Shown here one piece after another: positions 9,036 through 19,426 of a stretch of DNA of 64,000 bases. Made by a program: the position numbers and the translations under genes. Position 1 is the stretch's first letter. The number at the start of each line of letters is the position of its first letter. The notes under the pieces are model-generated. The model saw only the letters and a list, made by a program, of their open reading frames with translations, did not search any database and was not told where the DNA came from. Source of the stretch: Gemmatimonadales bacterium (lineage in GTDB: Bacteria; Gemmatimonadota; Gemmatimonadetes; Gemmatimonadales; GWC2-71-9); assembly GCA_038321865.1 (NCBI GenBank), contig JBBQFH010000006.1:174-64173 (forward strand), written 5' to 3'.

Positions 9036-10340
9036 CTAGTTGACGAAGATGCGGCCGCCGCCGGATCCCCCGAAGCGAGGGTTGACCACGTTGTTGAAAA
9101 TCGAGCCGAAGCTGTAGCTGAATCCGACGGAGCCGAAATATCGGTAATTGGTGGCAAGCGCGCGGCGTTGCAGCAGCACTTCTTCGGGCGTCGCTCCGCC
9201 GGCAGGCAGAAACCGCTGATCGCGGACCCGCGAGACGCTGCCAAAAAAGTTCATCGACAATCCCTTGAACAGCCGAACGTCGAAGTTGCTGAACAGCTCG
9301 ACGCGGTTCTTGGCGAAGTCGTCGAGGTAGTGCGCGCCTTCGAGCGATACACTCACCGACCCCCACGGCTGCCGCGCATCGAGCGACGCCGCGAGCGACT
9401 CATCGAGCAACGTCTCGGCGGTCTTGAAAAAGATGGTCTCCTCGTCGTACTTGAACCGATTCACGCCGATGTTGTAGCGGACGGTGAATTGGCGACGAGT
9501 GGATTCCGAATACGGAAAGACGTCGTATTCGATTCCCGGCGCGAAGCGAAGCGCCAACGCCTGGTTGGAATAGGTCGAGCGGCTGGCCGATGCCACGGCG
9601 CCGGCTGCCCAGTGCCGGCCGATGCTTCGTGCAGCCAGTGTATTGGCACTGTAGTTCTTCGAGGTACTCTTGATCGTCGTGACCGAATCGATTTCGAATT
9701 TGTTCTCGCTGTAGTCGCCGTTCAGCGAGAAGTTGAGTTTCCACGCCTCGGTGGTGCGGTTCGCGGAGAGGCTGCCGGAGAGGTTAATGGAGTTCGACGA
9801 TGACTCGCCCTGGAAGAAGCTGCTCGCCCGGGCTCGAAATACCCAGTAGTTCCATGGATCGTGGGGCTTCCGGCTGCCGGCCGTTGCGTCGGCCTTGGGC
9901 GGCGAGTAGGTGATCGCGATGCGATCGGCCAGGGGAGTTCCGGCGAGGTAGCGGAGGAGTCCGATCTTGAACACGCGGGACAATCCGGTGCGGATCACAT
10001 CCTCGGTATCGTCCTGACGCGAATAGAAGTGCAGCGTGTCCCGCCGGCCAGCGAACTGCTTGAGTCCGATGAACGCCGCGGTGTACTCTCCCCCGCCACC
10101 CCCCGTCTCCTGCCGAGTCACCAGGATGTGCACGTCCGCGTCCTCCCGGCTCCTCACGTAGTCCACAAACGGGATCTCAGTTTTGTAGTAATCCATCTCG
10201 CAATACAGCTGCTGGCAATCCAGAAACACCCGCGGCGTCCTCGAAGCGTCCGGCGTCGGGTTCGCTTGCGCTCTCGCACGGGCCGGGACCAGGCACAGCG
10301 CGAGCGCGAGCGCGACGGGCACCGCGGTGAAGCGATTCAT
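9036..10340 (-). CDS. Putative outer-membrane beta-barrel protein
   Basis: It has the signal peptide MNRFTAVPVALALALCLVPARARAQ. The C-terminal two-thirds show an alternating hydrophobic/polar pattern rich in Y, F, S and N, and the terminal strand is aromatic-rich. I could not assign a family by eye. Confidence 0.65.
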   Translation of the reverse strand: MNRFTAVPVALALALCLVPARARAQANPTPDASRTPRVFLDCQQLYCEMDYYKTEIPFVDYVRSREDADVHILVTRQETGGGGGEYTAAFIGLKQFAGRRDTLHFYSRQDDTEDVIRTGLSRVFKIGLLRYLAGTPLADRIAITYSPPKADATAGSRKPHDPWNYWVFRARASSFFQGESSSNSINLSGSLSANRTTEAWKLNFSLNGDYSENKFEIDSVTTIKSTSKNYSANTLAARSIGRHWAAGAVASASRSTYSNQALALRFAPGIEYDVFPYSESTRRQFTVRYNIGVNRFKYDEETIFFKTAETLLDESLAASLDARQPWGSVSVSLEGAHYLDDFAKNRVELFSNFDVRLFKGLSMNFFGSVSRVRDQRFLPAGGATPEEVLLQRRALATNYRYFGSVGFSYSFGSIFNNVVNPRFGGSGGGRIFVN

Positions 10341-10427
10341 GGGATGTCCGGCGAGGGAAACCTGCCCAGGGACTCTGTTGGGAACGTCATGTACGACGCG
10401 GGAGAAGCCGAAAAGGTTGCGCGGATC

Positions 10428-13277
10428 TCAGCGCTTGGCGTCCAGCCAGTTGGCCCCGACGCCCATGTCCACCACCAGTGGCACCTGCAGCGCCGCCGCC
10501 CCCTCCATGTGTTCGCGGACGAGCCCCTGCATTGCCTGCATTTCGCCGGCGGGTACCTCGAACACCAGCTCGTCGTGGACCTGGAGGAGCATCCGGCTCC
10601 GGAGCGCCTGATCCGCGAGCGCCCGATGGATCCGGACCATCGCAATCTTGATGAGGTCGGCGGCGGAGCCCTGGAGGGGAGAGTTCTGCGCGTTGCGCTC
10701 GCCGTAGGCCCGCATGTTGAAGTTCCGGTCCTTGAGCTCGGGGATGTAGCGCCGGCGCTTGAACAGTGTTTCGACGTAGCCGAACTCGCGCGCCAGCTCG
10801 ACCTGCCTGTCCAGAAAGGCGCGGACGCCCGCGAACCGTTCGAAGTACTGGGCGATGAACTGTTTCGCGTCGTCCTGCGAAATTCCCAGTTTGCGGGACA
10901 GCGCGAATGCCCCCTGGCCGTAGATCGTCGCGAAGTTGATCGTCTTGGCCCGCGCCCGCATCTCCGAGTTCACTTCCGCCAGCGCGACACCGAAGATCAC
11001 CGCCGCCGTCTGGCGGTGAATGTCCCCGCCCTGCTGAAACGCCTCGATGAATGCCGGATCGCCCGAGAGGTGCGCCATCAGCCTCAACTCGATCTGGGAG
11101 TAGTCCGCCACCAGGAATTCGTGCCCCGGGGCCGGCACGAATCCCCGGCGGATTGCCTCCCCGCGCGGCGCGCGGATGGGAATGTTCTGCAGGTTGGGAT
11201 CGCTGGAGGAGAGCCGGCCGGTCGCCGCGCCCGTCTGATTGAAGCTGGTATGGATCCGGCCCGTCTCCCGGTTGACCCGCAGCGGAAGGGTATCCACGTA
11301 CGTGCTCTTGAGCTTCTGCAGCTCGCGGTAATCGAGAATCAGCTGGGGCAGCTCGTGGCCCAGCGCCGCCAGCTGCTCCAGCACGTCGGCGTCGGTGGAT
11401 GGCCCAGTCTTGGTTTTCTTGAGCACCGGCAGCTGCTGCTTCTCGAACAGGATGGCGGCGAGCTGCCGCGGCGAGTTGAGGTTCAGCGTTTCCCCGGCGA
11501 CGGCCGCGATCTGGCCCTCCAGCCGAATCATGTCGTCGGTCAGCTCGCGCGCAAGCCGGCTGAACAGCTCCCGATCGATCGCGATGCCGGCCCACTCCAT
11601 CTCGGTGAGCACCGGTACCAGCGGCATTTCAACGCTGGCGAGCAGCGCGGACATGCCGGTCTCCGCGAGCGAGGGCGCGAAGAAATCGTGCAGGGCCAGC
11701 ACGGTGGCGCTGTCGCTGCCGCAGTAGGCCGCCGCATCCTGAATGGCCACCTCGGCGAACGGAATCTGCGTCTTCCCCTTGCCGGTGAGCTCGCTGTATG
11801 ACCGCATCCCGCGGCCGAGGTGCTCGAGGGACAGCGCGTCGATCGCGTGCGAGCGACGGCCCGGATCGAGCACGAAGCTCGCGAGCATGGAATCGTAGGC
11901 CACTCCCGCCAGCTCGACGCCCGCTCGCCGGAGCACCTGCCAGTCGTACTTGATGTTGTGCCCGGCCTTGGGAACCGACGGATCGGTGAGCAGCCGGTAG
12001 AGCGGAGCGCACGCCGGGTCGGTGATGGGGGGCAGGTTCCGCACCGGGTCGGGCGCGGCCAGTGCCCCGCCCCGCGGCAGGTGTCCGAAGGGGAGATACC
12101 AGACTTCGGTCGGGCTTGACGCGAGGGACAGGCCGACCAGCTCGGCATCATGCGGATCGAGCGAGCTCGTTTCGGTGTCCAGCGCCACGAGCGGCGCGGC
12201 GCGGAGCCGCTCGACCAGCGCCGGCAGGTCGCCGGGATCATCCACCAGGACACACTCGCACGCGGAGCTGGTGTCGAGAGCAAGCCAGTCCGCCGCGGTC
12301 GGAGTGGCTGCCTGGACCGGTCCGTCGAGCACCTCGGCTTCCGCCACGAGGAGCTCGTCGGTCCGGACGGCCACAGCAGCGCCGCCCAGCTTCCGGGCCA
12401 ACGAAAAAAATTCCAGCTCCCCGAGGAGCCGCACCACCGCTTCGCGGTCGGGCTCGGCGGAGGTGAGCTGGTCCAGGTCGAACTCCACCGGCACATCGCA
12501 CTGGATCGTGACCAGCTCCTTCGACAGCCGTGCCGCATCGGCTTGGGACAGCAGCGCCTCACGCGAGCGCTTGCCCGGCACCTCGGCAGCGTGCGCGAGG
12601 ATCGATTCGAGATCCCCGTAGTCGGCGATGAGCTTCTGCGCGCCCTTCTCACCGATGCCCTTCACCCCCGGCACGTTGTCGGACGTGTCGCCGACCAGCG
12701 ACAGGAAGTCGGTGACGCGCGCCGGTGGCACGCCCAAGCGCTCCGACGCATTCGACTCGTCGACCCAGAGCTCGTCCACCGATGCCGGGCCGCCGCGCCC
12801 GGGGTTGAGCAGCGCGATCCCCGGCGCGATCAGCTGGTAGAAGTCCTTGTCCCCGGAGACGATCACCGTCTGGAGGCCGCGCCGGCTGGCGCGCGACGCG
12901 AGCGTCCCGATGACGTCATCGGCCTCGTAGCCCCGCACCGCGATGACCGGAATGCGAAACGCATCGAGCAGCTGGCAGATGCGCTCGACCGAGCGGTCGA
13001 AATCGGCCTGCAGCTCCTGATCGAGCTTCTGGCGGGTGCTCTTGTAATCGGGATACCGTGCAGTGCGGAAGGAAACGCCGGCATCATTGACCCAGGCGAT
13101 ATAGTCGGGCCGGTATTTTTCGCGCAGGCGGAGCAGAAAGTTGACGACTCCCCAGGCGGCCGACGTGTTCTCCCCCTTGGCGGTGCGGAGGGGCCGCGAG
13201 ATCATGGCGAAAAACGCCCGGTAGATCAGCGCGTAACCGTCGATCAGAAAGAGCTGGGGCGGATTGTGCTCGGGCAT
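10428..13277 (-). CDS. polA: DNA polymerase I
   Basis: This 949-aa protein has a 5'-nuclease N-terminus (LIDGYALIYRAFFA), a 3'-5' exonuclease region (VALDTETSSLDP) and polymerase motifs (DYSQIELR, RRxAKTINFGxxYG, QVHDELVFE). Confidence 0.97.
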   Translation of the reverse strand: MPEHNPPQLFLIDGYALIYRAFFAMISRPLRTAKGENTSAAWGVVNFLLRLREKYRPDYIAWVNDAGVSFRTARYPDYKSTRQKLDQELQADFDRSVERICQLLDAFRIPVIAVRGYEADDVIGTLASRASRRGLQTVIVSGDKDFYQLIAPGIALLNPGRGGPASVDELWVDESNASERLGVPPARVTDFLSLVGDTSDNVPGVKGIGEKGAQKLIADYGDLESILAHAAEVPGKRSREALLSQADAARLSKELVTIQCDVPVEFDLDQLTSAEPDREAVVRLLGELEFFSLARKLGGAAVAVRTDELLVAEAEVLDGPVQAATPTAADWLALDTSSACECVLVDDPGDLPALVERLRAAPLVALDTETSSLDPHDAELVGLSLASSPTEVWYLPFGHLPRGGALAAPDPVRNLPPITDPACAPLYRLLTDPSVPKAGHNIKYDWQVLRRAGVELAGVAYDSMLASFVLDPGRRSHAIDALSLEHLGRGMRSYSELTGKGKTQIPFAEVAIQDAAAYCGSDSATVLALHDFFAPSLAETGMSALLASVEMPLVPVLTEMEWAGIAIDRELFSRLARELTDDMIRLEGQIAAVAGETLNLNSPRQLAAILFEKQQLPVLKKTKTGPSTDADVLEQLAALGHELPQLILDYRELQKLKSTYVDTLPLRVNRETGRIHTSFNQTGAATGRLSSSDPNLQNIPIRAPRGEAIRRGFVPAPGHEFLVADYSQIELRLMAHLSGDPAFIEAFQQGGDIHRQTAAVIFGVALAEVNSEMRARAKTINFATIYGQGAFALSRKLGISQDDAKQFIAQYFERFAGVRAFLDRQVELAREFGYVETLFKRRRYIPELKDRNFNMRAYGERNAQNSPLQGSAADLIKIAMVRIHRALADQALRSRMLLQVHDELVFEVPAGEMQAMQGLVREHMEGAAALQVPLVVDMGVGANWLDAKR

Positions 13278-13280
13278 GGA

Positions 13281-13309
13281 CGAAAACTAACGGGGGGCCC
13301 GGGCCCCCC
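13281..13309 (-). terminator. Intrinsic terminator after the GWxTD gene
   Basis: A GGGGGGCCC/GGGCCCCCC palindrome lies at 13292-13309. On the minus strand it is followed by GTTAGTTTTCG. It sits between the stop at 13318 and the polA start at 13277. Confidence 0.5.
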
Positions 13310-13317
13310 GCCCCATT

Positions 13318-14697
13318 CTAGTCGGTCAGGCGCCGCACCCGATCGCGCGTCTGCTCGAAATCCGCCCGGGACGAGGGATCGAGCCTGAGGCGCCCGAAGC
13401 CGGTCTCGTCCACGAAATAGAGCGTGAGCCGCAAATTGACGTAGGTCCAGCGCAGGGTACGGCCACCGAGCTGGCCCGGGGTGGTAGCGTAGATCTCATC
13501 GGGCTCGCCCAGGGTAATGAAGACTTCACCGCGGTCGGTGCGCCATCCGTTTGTGCCTTCGTCCCGGAAGCGCTGGTTGGCGATGGCCAGGCGGGTAAAA
13601 TAGCCGTTGAGCGCCTCGTTCTCGGGGGTGGATGGATTCGGGTCGGTGGCGTGGTAGAACTCGCGCCAGATCCGGGGCCGGTTGGCCGGAGCGGCTCGCT
13701 TCAGCGAATCCAGCGCTGACTGATGGCCGAAATACCGAAGCAGCCCCACCATGTCGTCGAAGTTCGTGACGACCCAGGCGTTGGAGAACGACACCAGGGC
13801 CGACGTCTGGCGCGCGGCGGTGCCCTGCCCCACGATCAGTTTGAGCTCCCCCAGCGCCATGCTGTCCGGCCGCAGGCGCAGCACCTGGCTCTCGACCTGG
13901 TGCCCGCCCCGGAAATCGAGCGAGTCGCGGTACACGACGCTATCGGTCTCGGTGCGAACCTCGAACGGCACGCGGGTGGGCCGGGTGAACCCGTAGCCTT
14001 CGATGTACGCGAGGAGCGTGTCGCCGCCATAGGACACGGTGCCGCGTGGATTGAGGACGATGGACAGGGTGTCGGCCAGGCTGGAGCGGCCGCGCACCTG
14101 GTAGGCCAGCATGGGCGGCGACGTGGTCCCCGTGCCGAAGGACGGCACAACGAAGTCGGCTTCGGCCTTCGACGCGTTACCCGTGGTGGGATCGCGCAGG
14201 TCGATCGTCACGTGGTACTTCCCTGCCGCCAGTCGAAACACCTGCTGAAACAGGACGCTCTCGTCCGCCCGTTGCGTCTCGGCAAAGGTCGGCACCCGCA
14301 CCAGCTGGTCGCGCGCGGCGGTGACCGGCGGCGTACCGGCGCCGGCAAAGGCGATGGCCACATGGTACCGGGCGACAAAGCTGTTCCCTTCCTTCTGGAA
14401 GCTGAACGCGCGATTTTCCAGGGACAGCGCCACGATGGCGATCGTCGTGTCTGCGAGCCCTGCCGCGAAGGCCACCGAGCCGACGAAGGGGACCGGATCG
14501 CCGGCGGCCAAACGGCCGAGGCGCTTGTAGTAGGACTGGATGTTCAGGAACTGGGTAAGGGTCTCGGACGGGGCGACCTTGTCGTCACTTCCGACGCGCT
14601 TCCAGCTGCCGCAGCCCAGGGCGGCACCGGCGACCAGGAGTCCGCCCAGGGCAAATTGACGCTTCACGGAACCCCCACAATGACAGAGTGACGCCAC
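13318..14697 (-). CDS. GWxTD-domain lipoprotein
   Basis: The C-terminal motif GWRTDRGEVFITLGEPDEIY is the GWxTD signature. The N-terminus VKRQFALGGLLVAGAALGCGS is a lipoprotein signal, so the real start is probably GTG 14667. Confidence 0.85.
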   Translation of the reverse strand: MASLCHCGGSVKRQFALGGLLVAGAALGCGSWKRVGSDDKVAPSETLTQFLNIQSYYKRLGRLAAGDPVPFVGSVAFAAGLADTTIAIVALSLENRAFSFQKEGNSFVARYHVAIAFAGAGTPPVTAARDQLVRVPTFAETQRADESVLFQQVFRLAAGKYHVTIDLRDPTTGNASKAEADFVVPSFGTGTTSPPMLAYQVRGRSSLADTLSIVLNPRGTVSYGGDTLLAYIEGYGFTRPTRVPFEVRTETDSVVYRDSLDFRGGHQVESQVLRLRPDSMALGELKLIVGQGTAARQTSALVSFSNAWVVTNFDDMVGLLRYFGHQSALDSLKRAAPANRPRIWREFYHATDPNPSTPENEALNGYFTRLAIANQRFRDEGTNGWRTDRGEVFITLGEPDEIYATTPGQLGGRTLRWTYVNLRLTLYFVDETGFGRLRLDPSSRADFEQTRDRVRRLTD

Positions 14698-14811
14698 CGG
14701 TGCTGCGGTCGGTACGTTAGTGACGGCGGCGAGCTAGCGTCAAGCACATTCGTCACATAGACCAAGTCGAAGCTTGCTGTGGTCCCGGGAATTCACTAGC
14801 TTGGCAACTCA

Positions 14812-15705
<894 letters not shown>

Positions 15706-15707
15706 GC

Positions 15708-16262
15708 GTGACCGACAAGGCTGCGCTCGAACGGCTGCTGCTCGAGCGGTCGGTTCAGCGCGGCGATTTCGTTCTCGCCTCCGGCCAGCGGTCCTCCTAC
15801 TATATCGATTGCCGAATCACCACGATGTCCGCTGAGGGCCTGGTCCTGATCGGGCGGCTAGGCCTGTCGGCAATTCGCCGGTTGCAGTGGCGTCCAAGAG
15901 CGATTGGCGGGCTTACGATGGGTGCGGACCCGGTCGCCTATGCCATTTCGGCGGCAAGTTTCGGCAGTGATGCAGTGGTCGAGGCGTTCAGCGTGCGGAA
16001 GGAAGCGAAGGACCACGGCACGAAGCGACGGATAGAGGGCAACTTTCGCAGTGGTGACGACGTGGTCGTCGTCGAGGACGTGATCACCTCAGGCGGCTCG
16101 GCATTGCAGGCGATGGAGGCCGTCCGGGACTTCGGTGGCCGGGTTGTGGGGGTATTGGCCGTGGTCGATCGGGAACAGGGCGGGCGAGCCAGGATCGAAG
16201 CCACTGGAACAATAGTAGTTGCATTGACTACCGCCAGTGAATTGGGTGTGTCAGACGCGTAG
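15708..16262 (+). CDS. pyrE: Orotate phosphoribosyltransferase
   Basis: It shows GDFVLASGQRSSYYID and the PRPP-binding loop VVVVEDVITSGGS. The GTG start at 15708 lies 2 nt after the kinase stop. The upstream part of ORF 15603-16262 overlaps the kinase. Confidence 0.9.
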   Translation: MTDKAALERLLLERSVQRGDFVLASGQRSSYYIDCRITTMSAEGLVLIGRLGLSAIRRLQWRPRAIGGLTMGADPVAYAISAASFGSDAVVEAFSVRKEAKDHGTKRRIEGNFRSGDDVVVVEDVITSGGSALQAMEAVRDFGGRVVGVLAVVDREQGGRARIEATGTIVVALTTASELGVSDA

Positions 16263-16674
16263 GCCCCTCCGATTGGCCTTCGCCCTCGCCCTGACGGCGG
16301 CGTCGGCGTGCCGGCCAGCCACGACCGCCACGCTCGGGGACGACGTGCGTGCGCGCCTCAGCGCCGAAGGGATCCTCCATCAGGCCGACGACCTCACCTT
16401 CCGCTACACTGTCGGCGCCGGGAAGAGCAACGCTGCCTGGGAAGACCGGCGCGCCTCGATCGTCGTCACACGGTCATCGGTCCTGATTCACAAGGGCGCC
16501 AAGGTCGGTGTCGACGCTCGCGCCGGCGACGGGGCTTTCTCGGTCGAGCGGGCGGGGGTGCGGATTCGCATTCGCACCGGCAAGGGACGCGCATCCGAGA
16601 TCTGGTCGTTCGAGCCGCCATCCGACCCCGCCGGCTGGACGGCCGACATCCGCGCGGCCATCCGGCCGCATTGA
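16237..16674 (+). CDS. Hypothetical lipoprotein
   Basis: It has a signal/lipobox-like N-terminus (LRLAFALALTAASAC), good coding character and high third-position GC. The start is uncertain because ATG 16237 overlaps the pyrE end by 26 nt. Confidence 0.55.
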   Translation: MNWVCQTRRPLRLAFALALTAASACRPATTATLGDDVRARLSAEGILHQADDLTFRYTVGAGKSNAAWEDRRASIVVTRSSVLIHKGAKVGVDARAGDGAFSVERAGVRIRIRTGKGRASEIWSFEPPSDPAGWTADIRAAIRPH

Positions 16675-16714
16675 GGGTCGAATCCTCCCCGTAATTCTGC
16701 TGGTCTGGTCGCTG

Positions 16715-17107
16715 GTGTCCGGCTGGGCCGGGCCGGCGCCGCTGCGTTACTGTCTCAGCTACCGCACGGTCGGAGTGACGGGGGACTCGATCCGGCTCGC
16801 CCGGACGCTCGAGTGGACGGCCTCCGGCGATTCCGGGGCCGCGTTCGCCACCCCATTCCCGCTCGATTCCACGCACACGCCCCGCCTGCATTCCCGAACC
16901 GGGCGGTGGGCGCGGCGGGGGGCGGTGATCGCACTCCAGTTCGGTGACCCTGCCTGGCGCTACGTATATGACCTGCGCCCGTCGGGCGACTCGATCTTCG
17001 GCCAGGCACATGTCGAGACCGACATGCACCTCGATCGGGTACTGCACTGGCGGGTCGCCGGGCGCCGCTGTCCGGCCGGGGCGGCACGCCACACGGGAGG
17101 CGCATGA
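16715..17107 (+). CDS. Hypothetical protein (start uncertain)
   Basis: Coding-like sequence runs from about 16670. The stop forms an ATGA overlap with the next gene. The in-frame hydrophobic stretch ILPVILLVWSLV (16682-16717) has no ATG/GTG/TTG in front of it. The only canonical starts are GTG 16715 or ATG 16508, and the latter overlaps the upstream gene by 167 nt. Confidence 0.4.
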   Translation: MSGWAGPAPLRYCLSYRTVGVTGDSIRLARTLEWTASGDSGAAFATPFPLDSTHTPRLHSRTGRWARRGAVIALQFGDPAWRYVYDLRPSGDSIFGQAHVETDMHLDRVLHWRVAGRRCPAGAARHTGGA

Positions 17108-17352
17108 GCGAGCCTGCTTCGGAATTCTCGATCCGTCTGCGCCGGGCCGCGCGGGTCCTGCGCTGGAGCGTCGGCACCATGGTGGTCGCGTTCGCCACGG
17201 CCTGGGTGGCGGCCACCCGGCAGTCCGGCCCGCTCGTCCGTGGCGCGATGCTGATCGGGGCGCTCGGTTTTCTGGGCGCCACGCTGTGCTTTGTCTGGCT
17301 GGCGTATCAGGCCGCGACGCACCGAGGGCGGCGGCGCGCGCCGCCTCCCTAG
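17104..17352 (+). CDS. Small membrane protein (2 predicted TM helices)
   Basis: This 82-aa protein has two hydrophobic helices (WSVGTMVVAFATAWVAA and GAMLIGALGFLGATLCFVWLAY). Its ATG overlaps the upstream stop (ATGA). Confidence 0.5.
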   Translation: MSEPASEFSIRLRRAARVLRWSVGTMVVAFATAWVAATRQSGPLVRGAMLIGALGFLGATLCFVWLAYQAATHRGRRRAPPP

Positions 17353-17406
17353 GCGGCGTTACGCCGGCCAGCGGCGGCCCCGGACCGTTCCCGACGGAGC
17401 AGGCAC

Positions 17407-17703
17407 ATGGCGCGCGAGACGTTGTACGAACCGCTGACGTGGCGCCGGCTGCTGGCCTACGTGCTGGCCGTGCCGGCTGCGCTGCTTGCGGCGCTGTACT
17501 TCATGTACAGCCTGGCGGCATGGCGGGCGGGATACGCCTGGAGCGAGATGGACTGGGACGGCAGCGGGCACACGTCGATCGGCGAATTCCTGCACAGCCG
17601 GGACGTGGGCAGCCGGGTCGTCCAGGGCAACGGAAGGTTGTGTGCCGAGTTTTATGAAATGAGCAACGGCCGGCGGATCCGGCTGAGCTGCCCATCCGAC
17701 TGA
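17407..17703 (+). CDS. Small membrane-anchored protein with an EF-hand-like Ca-binding loop
   Basis: It has one TM helix (LLAYVLAVPAALLAALYFMY) followed by DWDGSGHTSIGE (nt 17551-17586), which matches the DxDxSGxxxxxE EF-hand loop pattern. Confidence 0.55.
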   Translation: MARETLYEPLTWRRLLAYVLAVPAALLAALYFMYSLAAWRAGYAWSEMDWDGSGHTSIGEFLHSRDVGSRVVQGNGRLCAEFYEMSNGRRIRLSCPSD

Positions 17704-17718
17704 GTGCCGGGTTCGGAC

Positions 17719-18084
17719 TCACATCGGCGGGACATCGAGCGAGAGTACCTGTCCGCGCTGCACGGGGATCGGTTCGGTAGAGGAGGAGCGACCGGTACCG
17801 CCGATCGGGAGCGCCAGGAATCGGACCAGCCCGACGCCGACGAACTGGGCCGAACCGACCGAGAAGCGTGTCGTCTGTCCGGCGGGCGCGAGGCCCAGCC
17901 GGCTTCGCTGGCCGCCGTGCTCAACGTACACGTCCATATCGGCGGTCGCCCGATTGACGACTTCGAGTCGAGCCTGCCCGCTGTTCGCCGAAACCTCGGC
18001 GTCGCCGATGGCGGGAGCGGATCGGGCGGCGCATGCCGGAAGCGGCAGCGCGAGCAGGGAGAGCAGGAGGCGGTAGCGGCGCAT
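17719..18084 (-). CDS. Hypothetical lipoprotein
   Basis: The internal start gives MRRYRLLLSLLALPLPACAA (lipobox). The first 26 codons of ORF 17719-18162 are Pro-rich and non-coding-like. Confidence 0.6.
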   Translation of the reverse strand: MRRYRLLLSLLALPLPACAARSAPAIGDAEVSANSGQARLEVVNRATADMDVYVEHGGQRSRLGLAPAGQTTRFSVGSAQFVGVGLVRFLALPIGGTGRSSSTEPIPVQRGQVLSLDVPPM

Positions 18085-18124
18085 GTGTGGACTCCATCGG
18101 GGTGAGCGCATTGGACAAGGTGCC

Positions 18125-18721
18125 ATGATGACGGGTGACGGCGGAACGGGGCGGGGAGCCACGCTCCTGGGCGGAGCGATCCTGCTGGCGCTGGTGCTCG
18201 GGCAGCCGCAGGCCGCCGCAGGTCAGGCCGCCACGGTGATTCTGGTTCGCCATGCGGAGAAGGCGGCCGAGCCTTCAGCCGACCCGGGGCTGACGGCGGG
18301 CGGGGAGGCCAGGGCTCAGGCGCTCGCCGAGGCGTTGGAGGCCGCGCGGCTGGACGCAGTGCTGGTGACGGAGTACCGCCGGACCCAGCTCACCGGCGCG
18401 CCCACGGCCCGCCGGCGCCGGCTCACACCCATCGTCGTGCCGGTGCGCGGCGATTCGCTGGCGCATGCGCAAGCGGTCGTGCGACTGCTGCGGGCTCGGC
18501 CCCGGGGCGATGCCGTGCTGGTGGTGGAGCATTCCAATACCATCCCGGCCATCATCGCGGAACTGGGTGGTCCGGCGCTTCCCGAGCTCTGCGCCGGCGA
18601 ATACGCCACGATGTTCGTGCTTGCGGTGCCGGCGCGGGGGCCTCCGCACGTGATTCGCGCGACGTATGGAGCGGCCGAGGCGGCCGACGCGAGGCGGTGC
18701 GGCAGTCCCGCCATGAAGTGA
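18125..18721 (+). CDS. Secreted histidine phosphatase (phosphoglycerate mutase/SixA superfamily)
   Basis: A signal-like N-terminus is followed by the catalytic RHAEK (RHG-type motif) in VILVRHAEK, with a later HSNT motif. Confidence 0.8.
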   Translation: MMTGDGGTGRGATLLGGAILLALVLGQPQAAAGQAATVILVRHAEKAAEPSADPGLTAGGEARAQALAEALEAARLDAVLVTEYRRTQLTGAPTARRRRLTPIVVPVRGDSLAHAQAVVRLLRARPRGDAVLVVEHSNTIPAIIAELGGPALPELCAGEYATMFVLAVPARGPPHVIRATYGAAEAADARRCGSPAMK

Positions 18722-18773
18722 CCGGCGCCGTCCGCCGGAGTATCTTTCGTCGAAACTGCCCGGAGGACGTCGC

Positions 18774-19199
18774 ATGTCGCAGCCACAGTCGGGCGAGACC
18801 CGATCGTCCGCCACCGCGCCGGCGCCTGATCCCCTCGCTCCCGAAGCGATCGGGCGTCCGCACCTGGTGGTCGTGACGACACGCGCGGCCGAGGCCGGCA
18901 GCGAGGCCGAGCGGCACGGCAGCGTGCTGGTGACGCGGTTCTGGCATCCGCGCAACCGGGCCTGGGCCGAGCATCACTTCGAATCGCTGGAGCACGCCGC
19001 CCGGCTGTTCGTTGACGAGAGCGGATGGCAGCTTGTGCAGCAGCAGGCCCTCGATGCGCCGCACGCGTACGAATTGATTTTTCAGGCGCGCCGGCTCGAT
19101 TTCGCGCGCCCGAGCACCGAGGACATTCTGCGGGAGATCGGGCTGACGCCGGAAGGCATTGCCCGGATGATGGACCCGCCGCCACCCAGTGAGGCATGA
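18774..19199 (+). CDS. Hypothetical protein (141 aa)
   Basis: It has a GGAGGA ribosome-binding site upstream of the ATG and high third-position GC. I recognised no family. It is the first gene of a tightly packed plus-strand cluster. Confidence 0.6.
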   Translation: MSQPQSGETRSSATAPAPDPLAPEAIGRPHLVVVTTRAAEAGSEAERHGSVLVTRFWHPRNRAWAEHHFESLEHAARLFVDESGWQLVQQQALDAPHAYELIFQARRLDFARPSTEDILREIGLTPEGIARMMDPPPPSEA

Positions 19200-19200
19200 C

Positions 19201-19365
19201 ATGGATCGCAGCCAGCTGTCGACGGAGGACCTTGCGGCGCTCATCGCCGATGCGCTGATCGGGGCCGGTTTGCTCAACCCCGACGATTTTGAGCGCGCGA
19301 CGGGCATCATCGGTGAGGAGATCGACGATGGCAAGGCTAACGAGGACACGGCCGACGAGGACTGA
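19201..19365 (+). CDS. Possible small acidic protein (54 aa), unannotated
   Basis: Hand translation gives MDRSQLSTEDLAALIADALIGAGLLNPDDFERATGIIGEEIDDGKANEDTADED. The ATG lies 1 nt after the upstream stop, and GC3 is high. It is below the track cutoff. Confidence 0.4.
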   Translation: MDRSQLSTEDLAALIADALIGAGLLNPDDFERATGIIGEEIDDGKANEDTADED

Positions 19366-19426
19366 GCGCGCGGCTGGCGGCACCGGTGAACGGGGATAGC
19401 TTGCGACACACCCTCGGAGAACCACG

